A stretch of 64,000 bases of DNA, taken from positions 62,124,001 to 62,188,000 of the forward strand of contig NC_043005.1 in assembly GCF_006345805.1 (NCBI RefSeq). The letters run 5' to 3'. Shown one piece after another: positions 52,229 through 64,000 of the stretch. Positions within the stretch are counted from its first letter, which is position 1. Each line of letters opens with the position of its first letter. The stretch is from Octopus sinensis. Its lineage: Eukaryota. The position numbers and the translations under genes were made by a program. Under the pieces are notes generated by a model, which had not been told where the DNA came from, searched no databases, and was given only the letters and a program-made list of their open reading frames with translations.

Positions 52229-52440
52229 GGTGGTGGGCTAGCAGAATTGTTAGTATCCTGGATGAAATGTTTAGCAGTATTTCACCTGTCACTACATTCT
52301 GAGTTCAAATTCCACTAAGGTCAACTTTACCTTTCATCCTTTTGGGGGTTGATAATTTAAGTATCAGTTACACACTGGGTTGATGTAATCGACTAGTCCC
52401 CTCCTCTCAAATTTCAGGCCTTTTGTCTATAGTAGAAAGG
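52229..52440 (+). mobile_element. SINE family B copy between (TTA)n tracts
   Basis: ggtggtgggctagcagaattgttag...ttctgagttcaaattcc...ggccttttgtctatagtagaaagg. Confidence 0.8.
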
Positions 52441-52458
52441 TTTATTATTATTGTTATT

Positions 52459-53005
52459 GAGTGAGAGAGCAGTACATGCCATCAAAGTGACACTGGGGTA
52501 AAATGTACAAAGCCCAGTGTACCCATCATGACTACCAGTCTGATAAGGGTACACCAGGCACATGCATCGTAACCATATGTATGTGATGTGGTGATCTCGT
52601 GTCAAGATAGATAGTGCATGACCTTGCAGGTGGAGCCCAGTTAGAATTTTCTTCAGGTCGAGTAGCCCATCTCGCTCAAAAGGTCCCTGAATAAGGGTTG
52701 CTTAAGGATGTTGAATGAAACACCCATATTTCCAGAGGTGAATTATCCAAGCCCCAAAGAATTCCTCTCAGCACATGGCTATGTTGCTCCCCAACTACTT
52801 TTGCTCATGATCAGAGATGTACATATCATTGCCACTAAGGGACATACTTAGCTGGTTAAGGTCAAACAACTGACAAGCAAATCTGGTATTGAGCAGAATA
52901 TTTGCTGTAGCCCATCTTTTATACCAAGACAAAACACTATACATGATAACACTTCCAATCAGTTAAGATGAGGAGCAATGAAAGCCTGGTACTGCATCAG
53001 GACAT

Positions 53006-53006
<1 letters not shown>
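52459..53006 (-). mobile_element. ~550-bp non-coding element flanked on both sides by (TTA)n; possibly a microsatellite-targeting non-autonomous retroelement
   Basis: GC-richer block with sharp ends, ttattattattgttatt on the left and a long (att)n on the right. Strand and family are inferred. Confidence 0.5.
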
Positions 53007-53067
<61 letters not shown>

Positions 53068-53744
53068 TGCAATGTAGTTAGTTTCATAATTCTTTAATAG
53101 TTTTATTTTTAATTTAGAGTCTTTTATTATTTTACTAGATTCTCATGACAGGGGATTGGCAGAATAATTTTGGCATAGAAAAAAATATTGCTTTGTGGCA
53201 CTTGTTTTGACTTCTTACATCTTGATTTCAAATTCTGCCAAAATCAACTTTAGCCTTTCAAAATTAAGTTGCTTCAAATTACTGGGGCTGAATTAGTTGC
53301 CAAACCTCTCTGCTCAAGATTGCAAGCCTTGTTGCCTCAGTTAGAACCAATTATTTTACTGGTGCCTCATCGAACTATGAACTCACTCTCTTGGTACAGC
53401 CTTCTTCAAGGGCTTTCAGTAATTGTATCAATCCCAGTACTTATTTTAGGCTGCTTCTTATTTTATAGATTTGATTTATTGATTGGCTGTGTCACCTTTT
53501 GGTGTATTTCAGCATATCATTTTACATTAACACACACATACACACACACACATTTTATTTCAAAAGTGTAGAATAGACTTCAACCACCATTTAGATAAGT
53601 AAAAAGTCCCAGGATTATCACTGTAAATGTTGGCACAATGGAAGGTAAGTCGAGTAAGGAGATGTTCATGTGATACAGACTATGTGCCTACTCCTTATGG
53701 GCAAAGATCACATCAAAGATCCATGGTATGGATTGGATGGTTTG

Positions 53745-54735
53745 ATGATGATGATGATGATGATGGCAACTCCATGTATCCTAGAGTGCATGGTGACTAG
53801 GGATTTGGTACAAGGAATGGAGAGAAATCGAAGCTCCTGGAGTTTTGTGACCTAAATGACCTAATTCTCTGCAAAACTAACTTTAAGAAGAAAACCAACC
53901 TTGATAATCCACCAATAAGAAACATGAGGAAGCCAGGCAAACTTCACACTCATCAGAAAATATAAATGAAAAATTGTGAATACCTAAAGAAGGGTTTATT
54001 ATCCAACAGAGACTAATGATCAGTAACTTCAGTGTAAGAGTTAAGCAAATCATAGTCACAAATCATATATAAGAATCAATCTGAAGAAGAAAGTTATAGA
54101 AACTGGAAAATCCTTCCACTAAACACAAAGATTCTACGAGGAGGAAAAGGTGATGCCAATTATAGTGCAAGAAAACTTAGAGTTCATACAAGGCAACCAG
54201 CTGTTGCTAACAAATAAGAACTGAATTTGAAACAAGGTACCAATTGAACAAAAGTGACATGGTGGTAGAATAGGAATGCTGCTGGAGTTATTAAAGTGAA
54301 AAAGAAAAGGCTGGAAAGACTTGGAAAAACTGTTAAGTAAAGAGCAATTCATGGAGCTAGAAGAGAGAGAGTAGACGTCAGGTTTACTTTGTACAGAAAG
54401 AGAAGCTGAAAGCAATATGATGAGAGGATCAGTGGTGTGAGATGTTCCACTTTGCAAAGTATGTGACAATGTTAATCAAGACCTCATTGTGAAAAACCAT
54501 CTTTAAAATGATGGTGGTACATTTACTATTACTAAAAAGAAAGAGGTTTGGAAATGTTATTAATAAAGGTTACTGTGTGTGGTAAATGTTGGGATGGAAG
54601 GACAGCCTCCATAAATACAAGTTAAAATAGCCATTAAGGATTTGAAAGTGAAGAAAACTTTTGGACCATCAGGGATAATCACTGAGATGCTTAAAATTTC
54701 TGGTGAACTAGAGCTCATAGTAATTACTCATGTTC
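53745..54735 (+). mobile_element. Highly decayed RTE-type LINE fragment (endonuclease end to RT start)
   Basis: gggatttggtacaaggaatggagag (GFGTRNGE), tggtggtagaat (WW*N) and ggaccatcagggataatcactgagatgcttaaa (GPSGIITEMLK, compare ITTEMLK in the 39523 ORF). Confidence 0.6.
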
Positions 54736-54975
54736 TTTATTGTTTTACTTCTTTTACTTGTTTCAGTCATTAGCCTATAACCATGCTGGGGCACCACCTT
54801 CAAGAATTTTAGCCAAACAAATTGACTCCAGAACTTAGTCTATTTAAGCCTGGGACTTATTTTATCGATCTCTTTTGTCAAACTGCTAAATTATGAGTAC
54901 GTAAACATGTCAAGTGGTGGTGGGGAACAAACACAGACACAAAGACTCACACATATAGATATATATATATATATA

Positions 54976-55214
54976 CAGGCTTGGCTAAAAGTCACCTGAC
55001 AGTAAATCAAAATTCCGTAAATACTTAACATTCAATTTTATTTATTCATTACAACTAAGAATGTTTAATAAATGAATGATGTGAGTTAAAATCACTGGTT
55101 TTTTTTCAACATTTGTCTGTTTATTAGCAAAGTCTCATATGAAATAATTTTTTGCTTTAATCTTGGAATTGAATGGTTTTTGATTTACTGTCAGGTGACT
55201 TTTGGCCAAACCTC
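54976..55214. mobile_element. Tc1/mariner MITE with ~37-bp TIRs and TA target duplication
   Basis: ta|caggcttggctaaaagtcacctgacagtaaatcaaaa ... ttttgatttactgtcaggtgacttttggccaaacctc|ta. Confidence 0.9.
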
Positions 55215-58200
55215 TATATACACATATGACTATATACACATATATGACTATGCCTGAGCCTGTCAACATGTTAAAAGTATTTATATATTTGAGATTTGCT
55301 TTGAATCAGGATTTACAGTACAAATTAATTCATAACATTCATTAAAAAGATTATATATTTAGTCTGTTCTATACTTACTAAAATTCAAAAAACTTATTTG
55401 TTGATTAAAAATATTTTCAACTCTGTTTCTTTGTAATTTAAGAATGAAACTTAATTTTCTAACATTAAGCTCATAAAAATTTTTCAACTCTTAGACTTAC
55501 AATAATTTTACTTTGAATGCATACAGATGACATAGGAAAGCTATGTATGTCACCCATTGCTGAACATATGGGGAAGAATTTACAAAGTATTTAGATAATT
55601 TTATAATATTAAACAATAGATTAACTTAAGAGGAATATCAACATTCTTTAACAGCAATGTTATGAAGGAAATAGTAATCTTTACTTTATATTCTGAAACA
55701 ATAATTGAATTTTGTTCTTTGTCAAAGTACTTTGTTTCCATTTGTCTCTATGTTATAGACACTGTTATATTACAAACTAAAGATAACATTTAAGGTAATT
55801 AATGTGAGAATGAAGAAATAAAAAAAAATATTCTTTGAATCAGAAACTATTTTACTATTTATAAATTCAGTAAAATACCTGCTTATAAAATCAGCACAGC
55901 TATAATTTTTAACTCTTATTTTTTAAATGACTTAACTAAAGGAGAAAGGGTAGTGTGCATGATTCCTTTTTCAAGGACTAAGTTACCCTTATATCAGAGA
56001 CTTAGCCCCAATACTTAAACAAAATAGGTTCTGTTAAATGCATCCCAAAACAGAAGCAATGGTCCTTTTGAATGGTTTCCACACAAATTTCATTCACAAA
56101 GCCTTGCTTTCATAATTTATATGAAGTTTATTTATTGAGAATGATGATATGTGAAGTTACTCTTTACTTGAACTGACTTTGTCTTCTATTGTTTTGATTC
56201 CCATCTATGATGATATTCTCTTTAAGAGACAGATATTTTGAGCAATAGCTGAATATATTTCAGAATGTAATTATGGTGTGTTATTTCATCACAAAATTTA
56301 TTGATTTTAGTTTCCTATTAAAATATTTCACATTTTATGGCTGTTTACTTAATCTTTGACTTTCCATTCAATATGGCATAACTTTGTAAAATGTCTTGTC
56401 TAGCACATTTATCTACTGCTACTACAGTTTGTATATAGAACGATCTATTTGCTGAAAGAACTTAAAAAGAACAATGCAATTTTGAAAATTGCTAACTTCC
56501 TTAGAAAATACGAATTACAACATTGATAATTTTTTTCAAATCTTGTGCTATATTATTTCAGCACCTAATTAAAAATTGCCATTTTACTAATATCTAATCA
56601 TATTTAGATAATTTTATTTCTATTAGTTGATTTGATATATTAGACTTTAAACATATTTGTTTTCAAATACAGCGGAAATATTAACATACAAATAGCAGAG
56701 TAAACAAATGTTCAATTTTGTAGATGAGCTCAAAACTAGAAGTGTCACATAAAAGGATATATTAAGAAAATTGACAGTATTAGCACATAATCCCAAATAA
56801 TGGGTGTTTTTAAAGGAATTCACTTTATTCATCGTATTTGATTTCCAAGTAAACCAAATGATACTGGTTTTAATGATTAATCATTTAAATATGACAGGAC
56901 CAAATCTTCTTGCTAATAACTTACAGTTTAGAGTTATTCAATATCAATAAATTCCTCTCTTTGCATCTCATCAAACTGATATAAAGCCGATTAGTTAAAT
57001 AGGTAAACCTTTTAAAACACTGTTTGATGTTAGGTTATCTCTATTCCTGCAAACTACTCGCCTATTTCAACAATTAGACTGCAGATTAAACCACAGATTA
57101 TAGATTTATCATTTTGTCATTCAAATCAGAGAGGCAGAGTAAATTGTTAAAGGCTTAATAACAGTCTGTGGAAACACTGAAGTGGTGGCAAAATGCAAGT
57201 CCATTTCCCTCTTACAAATTGTAGGTGATACATAAATCCTTTTATAATAGAATATCCTTTACTACATAGAATTTGTGGATTTACTACTTCTCAAATACTG
57301 GTCCAAAATTTTTGTTTTCTATTTGCAGAGTTGATTACAAGTGAAAAGGTTCTTTTTTGTTCAGAACATAATTCTTTTGATATGTATGTATGTGTGTATG
57401 TGTTATGAAGGCATGGTTAGAGTGGCTGTGGAGATCCATTTGAGGGAAACAGGAATCATAGTGGTCCATAGGCAAAAAATAGTTGAGAATCACTATTCTA
57501 TATGGTCACTCAGTTTGCTAGACATAGCAGCCAAATGTGCCTCAAATCATGTTACTGTTTTACAGTATTAAATACATGTTGATAACATAGACTTGTACAC
57601 TCTTTGCTTGAAATAGGTGGGTTTGGGCAGATACCATATGCAAATTGATAGTTCAGAGGTAAAAGCCAATAGTGGTGGAAAGGACCAACAGAAGAAACAT
57701 CACATTTGTGTGTTAGATGGAGAGCAATAGTGAATCAATCTTTGGATGGCATTTTATTCAGTGGTGGTAGTGAGATGATCTAGAATGTTTGTTTGCAGTG
57801 TAGTAGAACAATCCCAAACACAGTGCTGGATTTAGACTTAGTGAGGCTTTAAGAGACATTTCATTCAAAACATTTACAGCAGGTCTCACAAAAACTGAAA
57901 TTATATATGACTTTTAATTATTTTGAGATCTTTTCAGACTGTGAAGTCCTTAGCTGTAGCCTGTTTGGTTTTTGCCTAAACCTGGCTCTGACCAAATATA
58001 TGAGGAGTACTCTAATGTGGGTTGCAAGTTGTATTTTGAAGTGGGTCAGAAACAGATCAGAACTCTGGTATTTTTTTAGTCCCAAAGAGAAATTACCCTT
58101 TAAAATGCATTTGTGATAATGTTATATCTTTCTTTCTATATGATATAGAAGCAACATTTTATGCATAAACAGACAATCTTTCTTTTGGGAATAAAACAAA

Positions 58201-58636
58201 AATGATCAATCTTCCAGGCTTTAAAGCAGAGCAAAAACAACAGCTCACCCAACTTGGATTGCATGCATGTTCAGTTATAATATCAACATTTAACACTAGA
58301 CCAGTATGTAGAATGCTGATAATTAATTGTTAAACAGATGCTTTGATTTTCTCAAGATTAAGCTCCACAAATACAATATTTCTGTTTTTACACACACACA
58401 CATACACACAGAATGATGAATGTCCAAAATGTCAAAGACATTCCTTTCCTTTAATCCAAGTGTTAAACTAAGAACTTATTTATTACACTGTGTTCCTTCT
58501 GAGTGTTGTTTTTTACTGTTTTAATTTTTTTTATTTTTGCATTGTGTGCATGCGCATGCATATGTGTAAAAATACCCTTGATCTTTGTTTGTTTAAACAG
58601 TGAATGCTCCATTTGTTCAGTCAATGAAATGATTGA

Positions 58637-58839
58637 TGAGGGAGTGCTGAAAAGTTCCTGACATTGGGTAAAAGAAAATATTGAAGGATCAGTTAATTAT
58701 GATCTTATTCAACATATTCCCCTCTTATTGCAGTGGTCCTTCAGTTTTTCTAAGACCTGTAAAAGAATTTGTAAGGTTGAGCCTCCAACCAGGCCTTTTG
58801 CAATACCCTTAAAACCAGGAACTTTTCAGCATCCGCTCA
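58637..58839. mobile_element. Mariner-type MITE
   Basis: TIRs tgagggagtgctgaaaagttcctg ... caggaacttttcagcatccgctca|ta. Internal ttattcaacatattcccct is the antisense of a mariner transposase end (GEYVE*). Confidence 0.85.
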
Positions 58840-61800
58840 TACTCTTTGAGTTAGCATGTAGGATTGCTCTATTTCACAGACACATGTCCCTTTAATGTAA
58901 TTCCTAGGGGTAAGCTCTGTGACATTGTGTGACAAGACTGGCTCCTTGATTTACAAATACAATTCATTGGAGGAGCTTCTACACTGTTCCCATATAAGGC
59001 AAATGTCTTTTGCCAGAGCCTCAGGTCAACTCAAGCTTTCTAAGTGAAATTCAGTTGCTGTAAACCTAAGCATCCCAAACTTAATGATTGCAAAACAAAC
59101 CTCTTAACCATTTGTTCATGCCTGAGTTTGTATATCTGTCTGCCAATCTATATGTGTATGCATGTAGATAGATGGGTGAATTGACAGAAAGATAAATATC
59201 ATCACTACCACCACAACCATTCTGATATGTAAAAGAAGCAATCTAACATTAATGATTTCATGTATATATGAAAATTTGTTATGATTATTGTGTCATTTTC
59301 ACTTGATCTCACCTCCACTAGGTTTCTAAATCAAGCATTAGACTTAGAAGAATTGGAATTTGGAGAATAAATTCACAGTGACTATTTAAGGAATATGTTC
59401 ATGAAACCCCACAAAATATGGCATATACACCCATTACCCTTTTTTCATTTTCGATCCTATTATTTGCTTACACCTGACATCTCGGTTATGAAATGTAACA
59501 AAAATCAGTGCTGGCTATAATTTCTATTGAATATCTGTGGAGGTAATCATAACAAGTGATGTAAATCACTTGGCTAACACAGTAGAACTTGGTATTGACT
59601 TATAAAAATGTTTAATATACTTTATAGCATATTATGACTGCATAACAAAATACCATGTACTTATACATCATTAATAGTCTCAATGGTGTCTAATCATGAA
59701 ACACAGGAAGTAGTGGTGCAGCAATCTTCACCAATATACTAAAATAATGGATACTAGATGATGGTACAGCACTTCTTGTATTTATACTTTCATTATTATC
59801 ATTCTTTTAACTACAATAAATTTCATTTACCAATGTAATAATAAATATTTTTTCCATTGGTATGTAGTGATAAATTTTGAAGTGGAGTATAGTCAACTGG
59901 AGTCAAAAGCCCATACTTGACTTCTCCCTATTTTAATTAACTTCAGAAAGATAAGAAGTTGAGTTAATCTTGGAGTAACTTGTATTCAGAACATAACTAA
60001 ATAGCATGTTGCCCAATACCCGAAGGATTTGCCATCCACTATCCTTATAAACCCCCAAGGACACCCTTTAAAATTGAGAGTCAAAAGGTAAGAGGTAAAA
60101 TTTCTCATGGACAGGATGATAGAATGATTACCATATGCAACACTTGCTTATGATCTGGCATCTGTTAGTAATGGATAAGTAAATGGCTTCATGCAGAAAT
60201 GCAATAAAGAAATCTGTAGCAGATTAAAACTAATAATCAGTTAGTAGGTAGTTCTAACACCTCTGTATGACTATCTCTCTTCTCTATTTGCTCAGTAGCT
60301 GAGCCACGTATGAACCAATCATTATTGTTGAGCTGTAGTTGTAACTATTAACTAATATTTTCAGTTGCAATTTTACCAAGAAATCTTTTCAAGGGAAATT
60401 ATATTTTTGCTTTCACATTTCCACAACTGATTCTATCAACACAAGAAACACAGTAGCTGGTAAGCGCTTCTGGTACTGTCTTATCAGGAATTCCAAAACT
60501 GTTTCTAGAACTTAAATAATGTGTATTTGAGAGAGAGAGAGATAATATTGATAATCACAGATTTTCTGATAGCTGGACTTGATGCTTCTTAAAGATATTT
60601 TGCTACTTTTTAAAATATCATTACTTACATTACATAATGTATGACCCAGAAGAAAAAAAAGAACATATTGAGGTGTTATCATTCTTTTTCCCTGAAATAT
60701 ATCGGTATCTGTCTCAGTAAAAATACCAAGTATCATATATTATTTTATATAGTGATGTTTATCTAAGAAGTAAACTGACAGATATTGTACTTTTAGTTTG
60801 AAATATTCATCATATAAGTTACTGCATTTCTTTCAACTTCAATTCACCCAAACTCTACAATAAACATTTTCCTTCAATCATTCCCCTCTACAATGCATAC
60901 CATTGGAATTCATTCCTATTTTTCCTACACACATCAACATACAAATATTGAATCTGATCATCAACTGTATTGATCTCTCCCATTCAGAAAGGTTTGCTAA
61001 GATTAAAGGAATATCTGTTGTGTAGCTATATCTTCTATAAATACCACAGTGTGATAATTATTGCAGGCCAAGGAATAGAAAATTTATCATCGTTAATGAC
61101 TTGCTAATGTCTGGTTTAGCTTGAGTTATACAAACAAATTAGGCAGAGAATCTCTGTTAAGAACTAATTAAGGTGTTTCTTCTATTAATTGATATGAGAA
61201 TGATCTTGGTTGTTTGTGCAAAAACCCCAGAGAAAATTTGAAGCCTATTATATAAGCCTTTATGATACAAAACGAAAGTTAAGACAGAACAAAATATTAT
61301 AGATAATAAATATACTACTTTTATTCATGTTTTCCCAATTAGCAATCCTAAAAATAAAATTAGGGATTTCTATTGCATGCAAGAACTTAATGTTACCCTT
61401 TTTACATAGGTGATATGTGTGATCATGTTTGGAATGGCAACATTGAAAGTTAGCTATATCTATTCTTCAAGCAAACAGATGTATAAGCAAGTGTAAGAAT
61501 TTAAATCACTATAATAACATGACATTTTTTCAACGATTATGATAACAGGTTAAATGTTCATTATATTTTATAAATATTCATATATCAGAGATTACTGAAC
61601 AAAGTTGTTTATGGGCACATCAAAATGGAAAGAGTTAAAAAGGCAAAATGCATTTAGTTTCTTTTTATATACAGCTATGTACCCTAATTTTGGAGCAAGA
61701 ACATATACTTCTTAAAATCTATGTTTCAATAACCAACAATAAACACATAATAACACAAAAGTGTTCTGGGTGCAACCATCCAGTTAATATATTTAATATA

Positions 61801-61915
61801 TGGGCAATATAGATAATTTAATATAATGTTAAAATTGCTTAATATCTATGCAATTTATATTAAAATATTCCCTTTTATTTTATTGAATAACTTTAACATG
61901 ATGCTAAACAATATA

Positions 61916-62505
61916 TCATTATCATCATCATCATTTAACATCCATTTTCCATGTTGGCATGGGTGAGATGGCTTGACAGTAACTGGCAAGATCAGGACCA
62001 CATCAAGTGCCATAGTTTGTTTTGGCTTGGTTTCTACAGCTGGATGCCCTTCCTGATGCCAGCCACTTTACAAAGTGCACTGGATGCTTTTTACTTGGCA
62101 CCATCACTAGTGTTTTTTACATGGCACCAGCACTGCGGCATTTTGTTTGACACCAGTGCCAGTGCATTTTATGTTGCACCAGCACCAACACCAATGCTTT
62201 TTACATGGCACCTTGGTTTATCTATATATAATTTAGTTATAGAATATGTATGTGCATATCATCATCATCATCATCATTTAACATCCATTTTCCATGCTAA
62301 TATGCGTTGGACGGTTTGACCTGGGTCTGGGAAGCCAGGAGGTTGCACCAGGCTCCAGTCTAATCTGGCAGTGTTTCTACAGCTGGATGCCCTTCTTAAT
62401 GCCAACCACACCGTGAGTGTAGTGGGTGCTTTTTACGAGCCACCGGCACAGGTGCCAGGGGAGGCTGGCAATGGCCACAATCGGTCAGTGCTTTTTACAT
62501 GCCCT
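61916..62505 (-). mobile_element. Two adjacent RTE 3'-end copies, one old (61916-62215) and one younger (62259-62505)
   Basis: Each begins (atc)n-atttaacatccattttccatg. The second closely matches the reverse complement of 6750-6987. Confidence 0.85.
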
Positions 62506-64000
62506 GCATATGTTACAACTTATGTAACAAGCATTGCTTTGCTATGAAATGTTATAGTCCATGTTTTATTCATTCCATTTCTTACTTTTAAAAATTTTTA
62601 TTCACACTTTCAGCAACTTTAATTGCTAAACCACGAGTTGTATGGTGACCCTCACTTTATTGAAATTCCTTTATTTTCGATATGGGACAAAGTGTGTAAC
62701 TTGCAATGTTAATAAATTTGTTTTACTGTATGTTGTCCACCTTTTGTCATCTGTACAAGCTGCATTGATGCTTGAAGCTTACTAACTTCCTACTCTTGGA
62801 TTCCTGGACTGTCTTATCTATTACTATATACATATACATAGATGTACACATATTTCATAATCATAACTGAATTATTTTTTAATATTTTAATTAAAAAATG
62901 CCAGCTCCAGAATGTTTGATGGTTTAAACATAAAGATATAATCAAAAGTTTAGTGTGGTTTTTAAAAAATCCATGTTTAAATGTTAAGTACATTATTTTC
63001 CTGTGACAATATCCACATGTGCGGCCTTGTTGTACAAATTGAGTACTAAACTTGAGTATAAACTTATATAAAATACTATATTAAAATCTAATTGATTTTT
63101 TAGAAAACTTAAAACAGAAATATGTGATTCCAGCAATGTTGACTTTACTGGTGTAGGTCATAAAAGTGCAATTGCTGTAAAGTTCAAAGATTGTTATCAA
63201 AGTTACTTTACTGTTTTGATTTGGCTTTCTGAACTTTTTCAGTTTATTTAACACAGCAATTACTATAAATCCGACTAAACTCGTTTTCCCATACATCATA
63301 GTATTAAAAAATAGAGTGTATTATAGATGAGAGATAGTTTTTGCAGGATTTCATTGCTCATAATTAGTAATGTGTATTTTACATGTGTGCGTATTTGGTT
63401 CAAATAAATATGGTAATTACTTTTAGTAAAGACAAGAAAATAAAACATAATCTATTCCTTATTGACTATCTTTCTACTGATAATATTAAAAACCTTTGTT
63501 AACAGCTCATGAGGTCTGAAACCATTTTAGACAAAGGGTCACTACATAAAGCAAATATTTAGAGCAATTTAGCCTGGCCAAGTCTACTCTGTATTTAACT
63601 GTTAGTAGTCAACAACTGAAAGCTGAGTTAAAATATTCAGCAATGAAGTTTTTATCCTTGGATAGCTAAATGAATGTAAATCATTACATTTATTACAGAA
63701 GGTCTACTATGGTAATGGCTAGGAATTTATTGATAGTAGCACAGAGAGAAACATTATAGCAGAATACGCTTTGAAAGAAGATCACAGGCTTGTTTGAAAA
63801 TCCATTTTACTATTTTAACAATGTCATGTTAAAAAAGGAAAAACATTTATGGGTTAATCAGGGGTTGAAAAGGTCAACATCCACGATTCTTTCCTTAAGG
63901 GTCTCTGAGTCTGATCAGAAGATGCTATTTTTAGACTAGAGACCATTACAACAGAGCGGACAATGTTAAAGACATCCAAAGGCCATTTCTATGTGCTTGG

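Overview
AT-rich, microsatellite-dense eukaryotic genomic DNA. The SINE, RTE and Penelope repeat landscape resembles octopus/coleoid cephalopod DNA (inference, not verified). The window lies inside one large minus-strand gene. Five short exons (37014-37100, 17692-17778, 16611-16691, 5654-5747, 133-241) splice in phase to the HOOK plus guanylate-kinase-like region of a MAGUK p55-subfamily scaffold, most like MPP7/Drosophila metro: [153 protein letters not shown]. One intron needs a GC donor. I found no confident exon from 37101 to 64000. The introns hold tRNA-derived SINEs, RTE, CR1-like and Penelope-like retroelement remnants, mariner/Tc1 remnants, hAT, piggyBac and Tc1/mariner MITEs, and two near-perfect microsatellite-bounded tandem duplications (1327 bp and about 1584 bp). 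The best leads for something undescribed are RNA-structural. They are a candidate cassette exon whose 5' splice site sits in a hairpin (36061-36142), a hammerhead-like two-helix motif shared by two (TA)n-associated repeats (about 2390-2458 and 19137-19210), a decayed hammerhead-like structure after the Penelope ORF, a 163-nt palindrome, and inverted SINE pairs that could be ADAR substrates. I cannot support a new multi-gene system here. Most repeat boundaries are approximate, read by eye.
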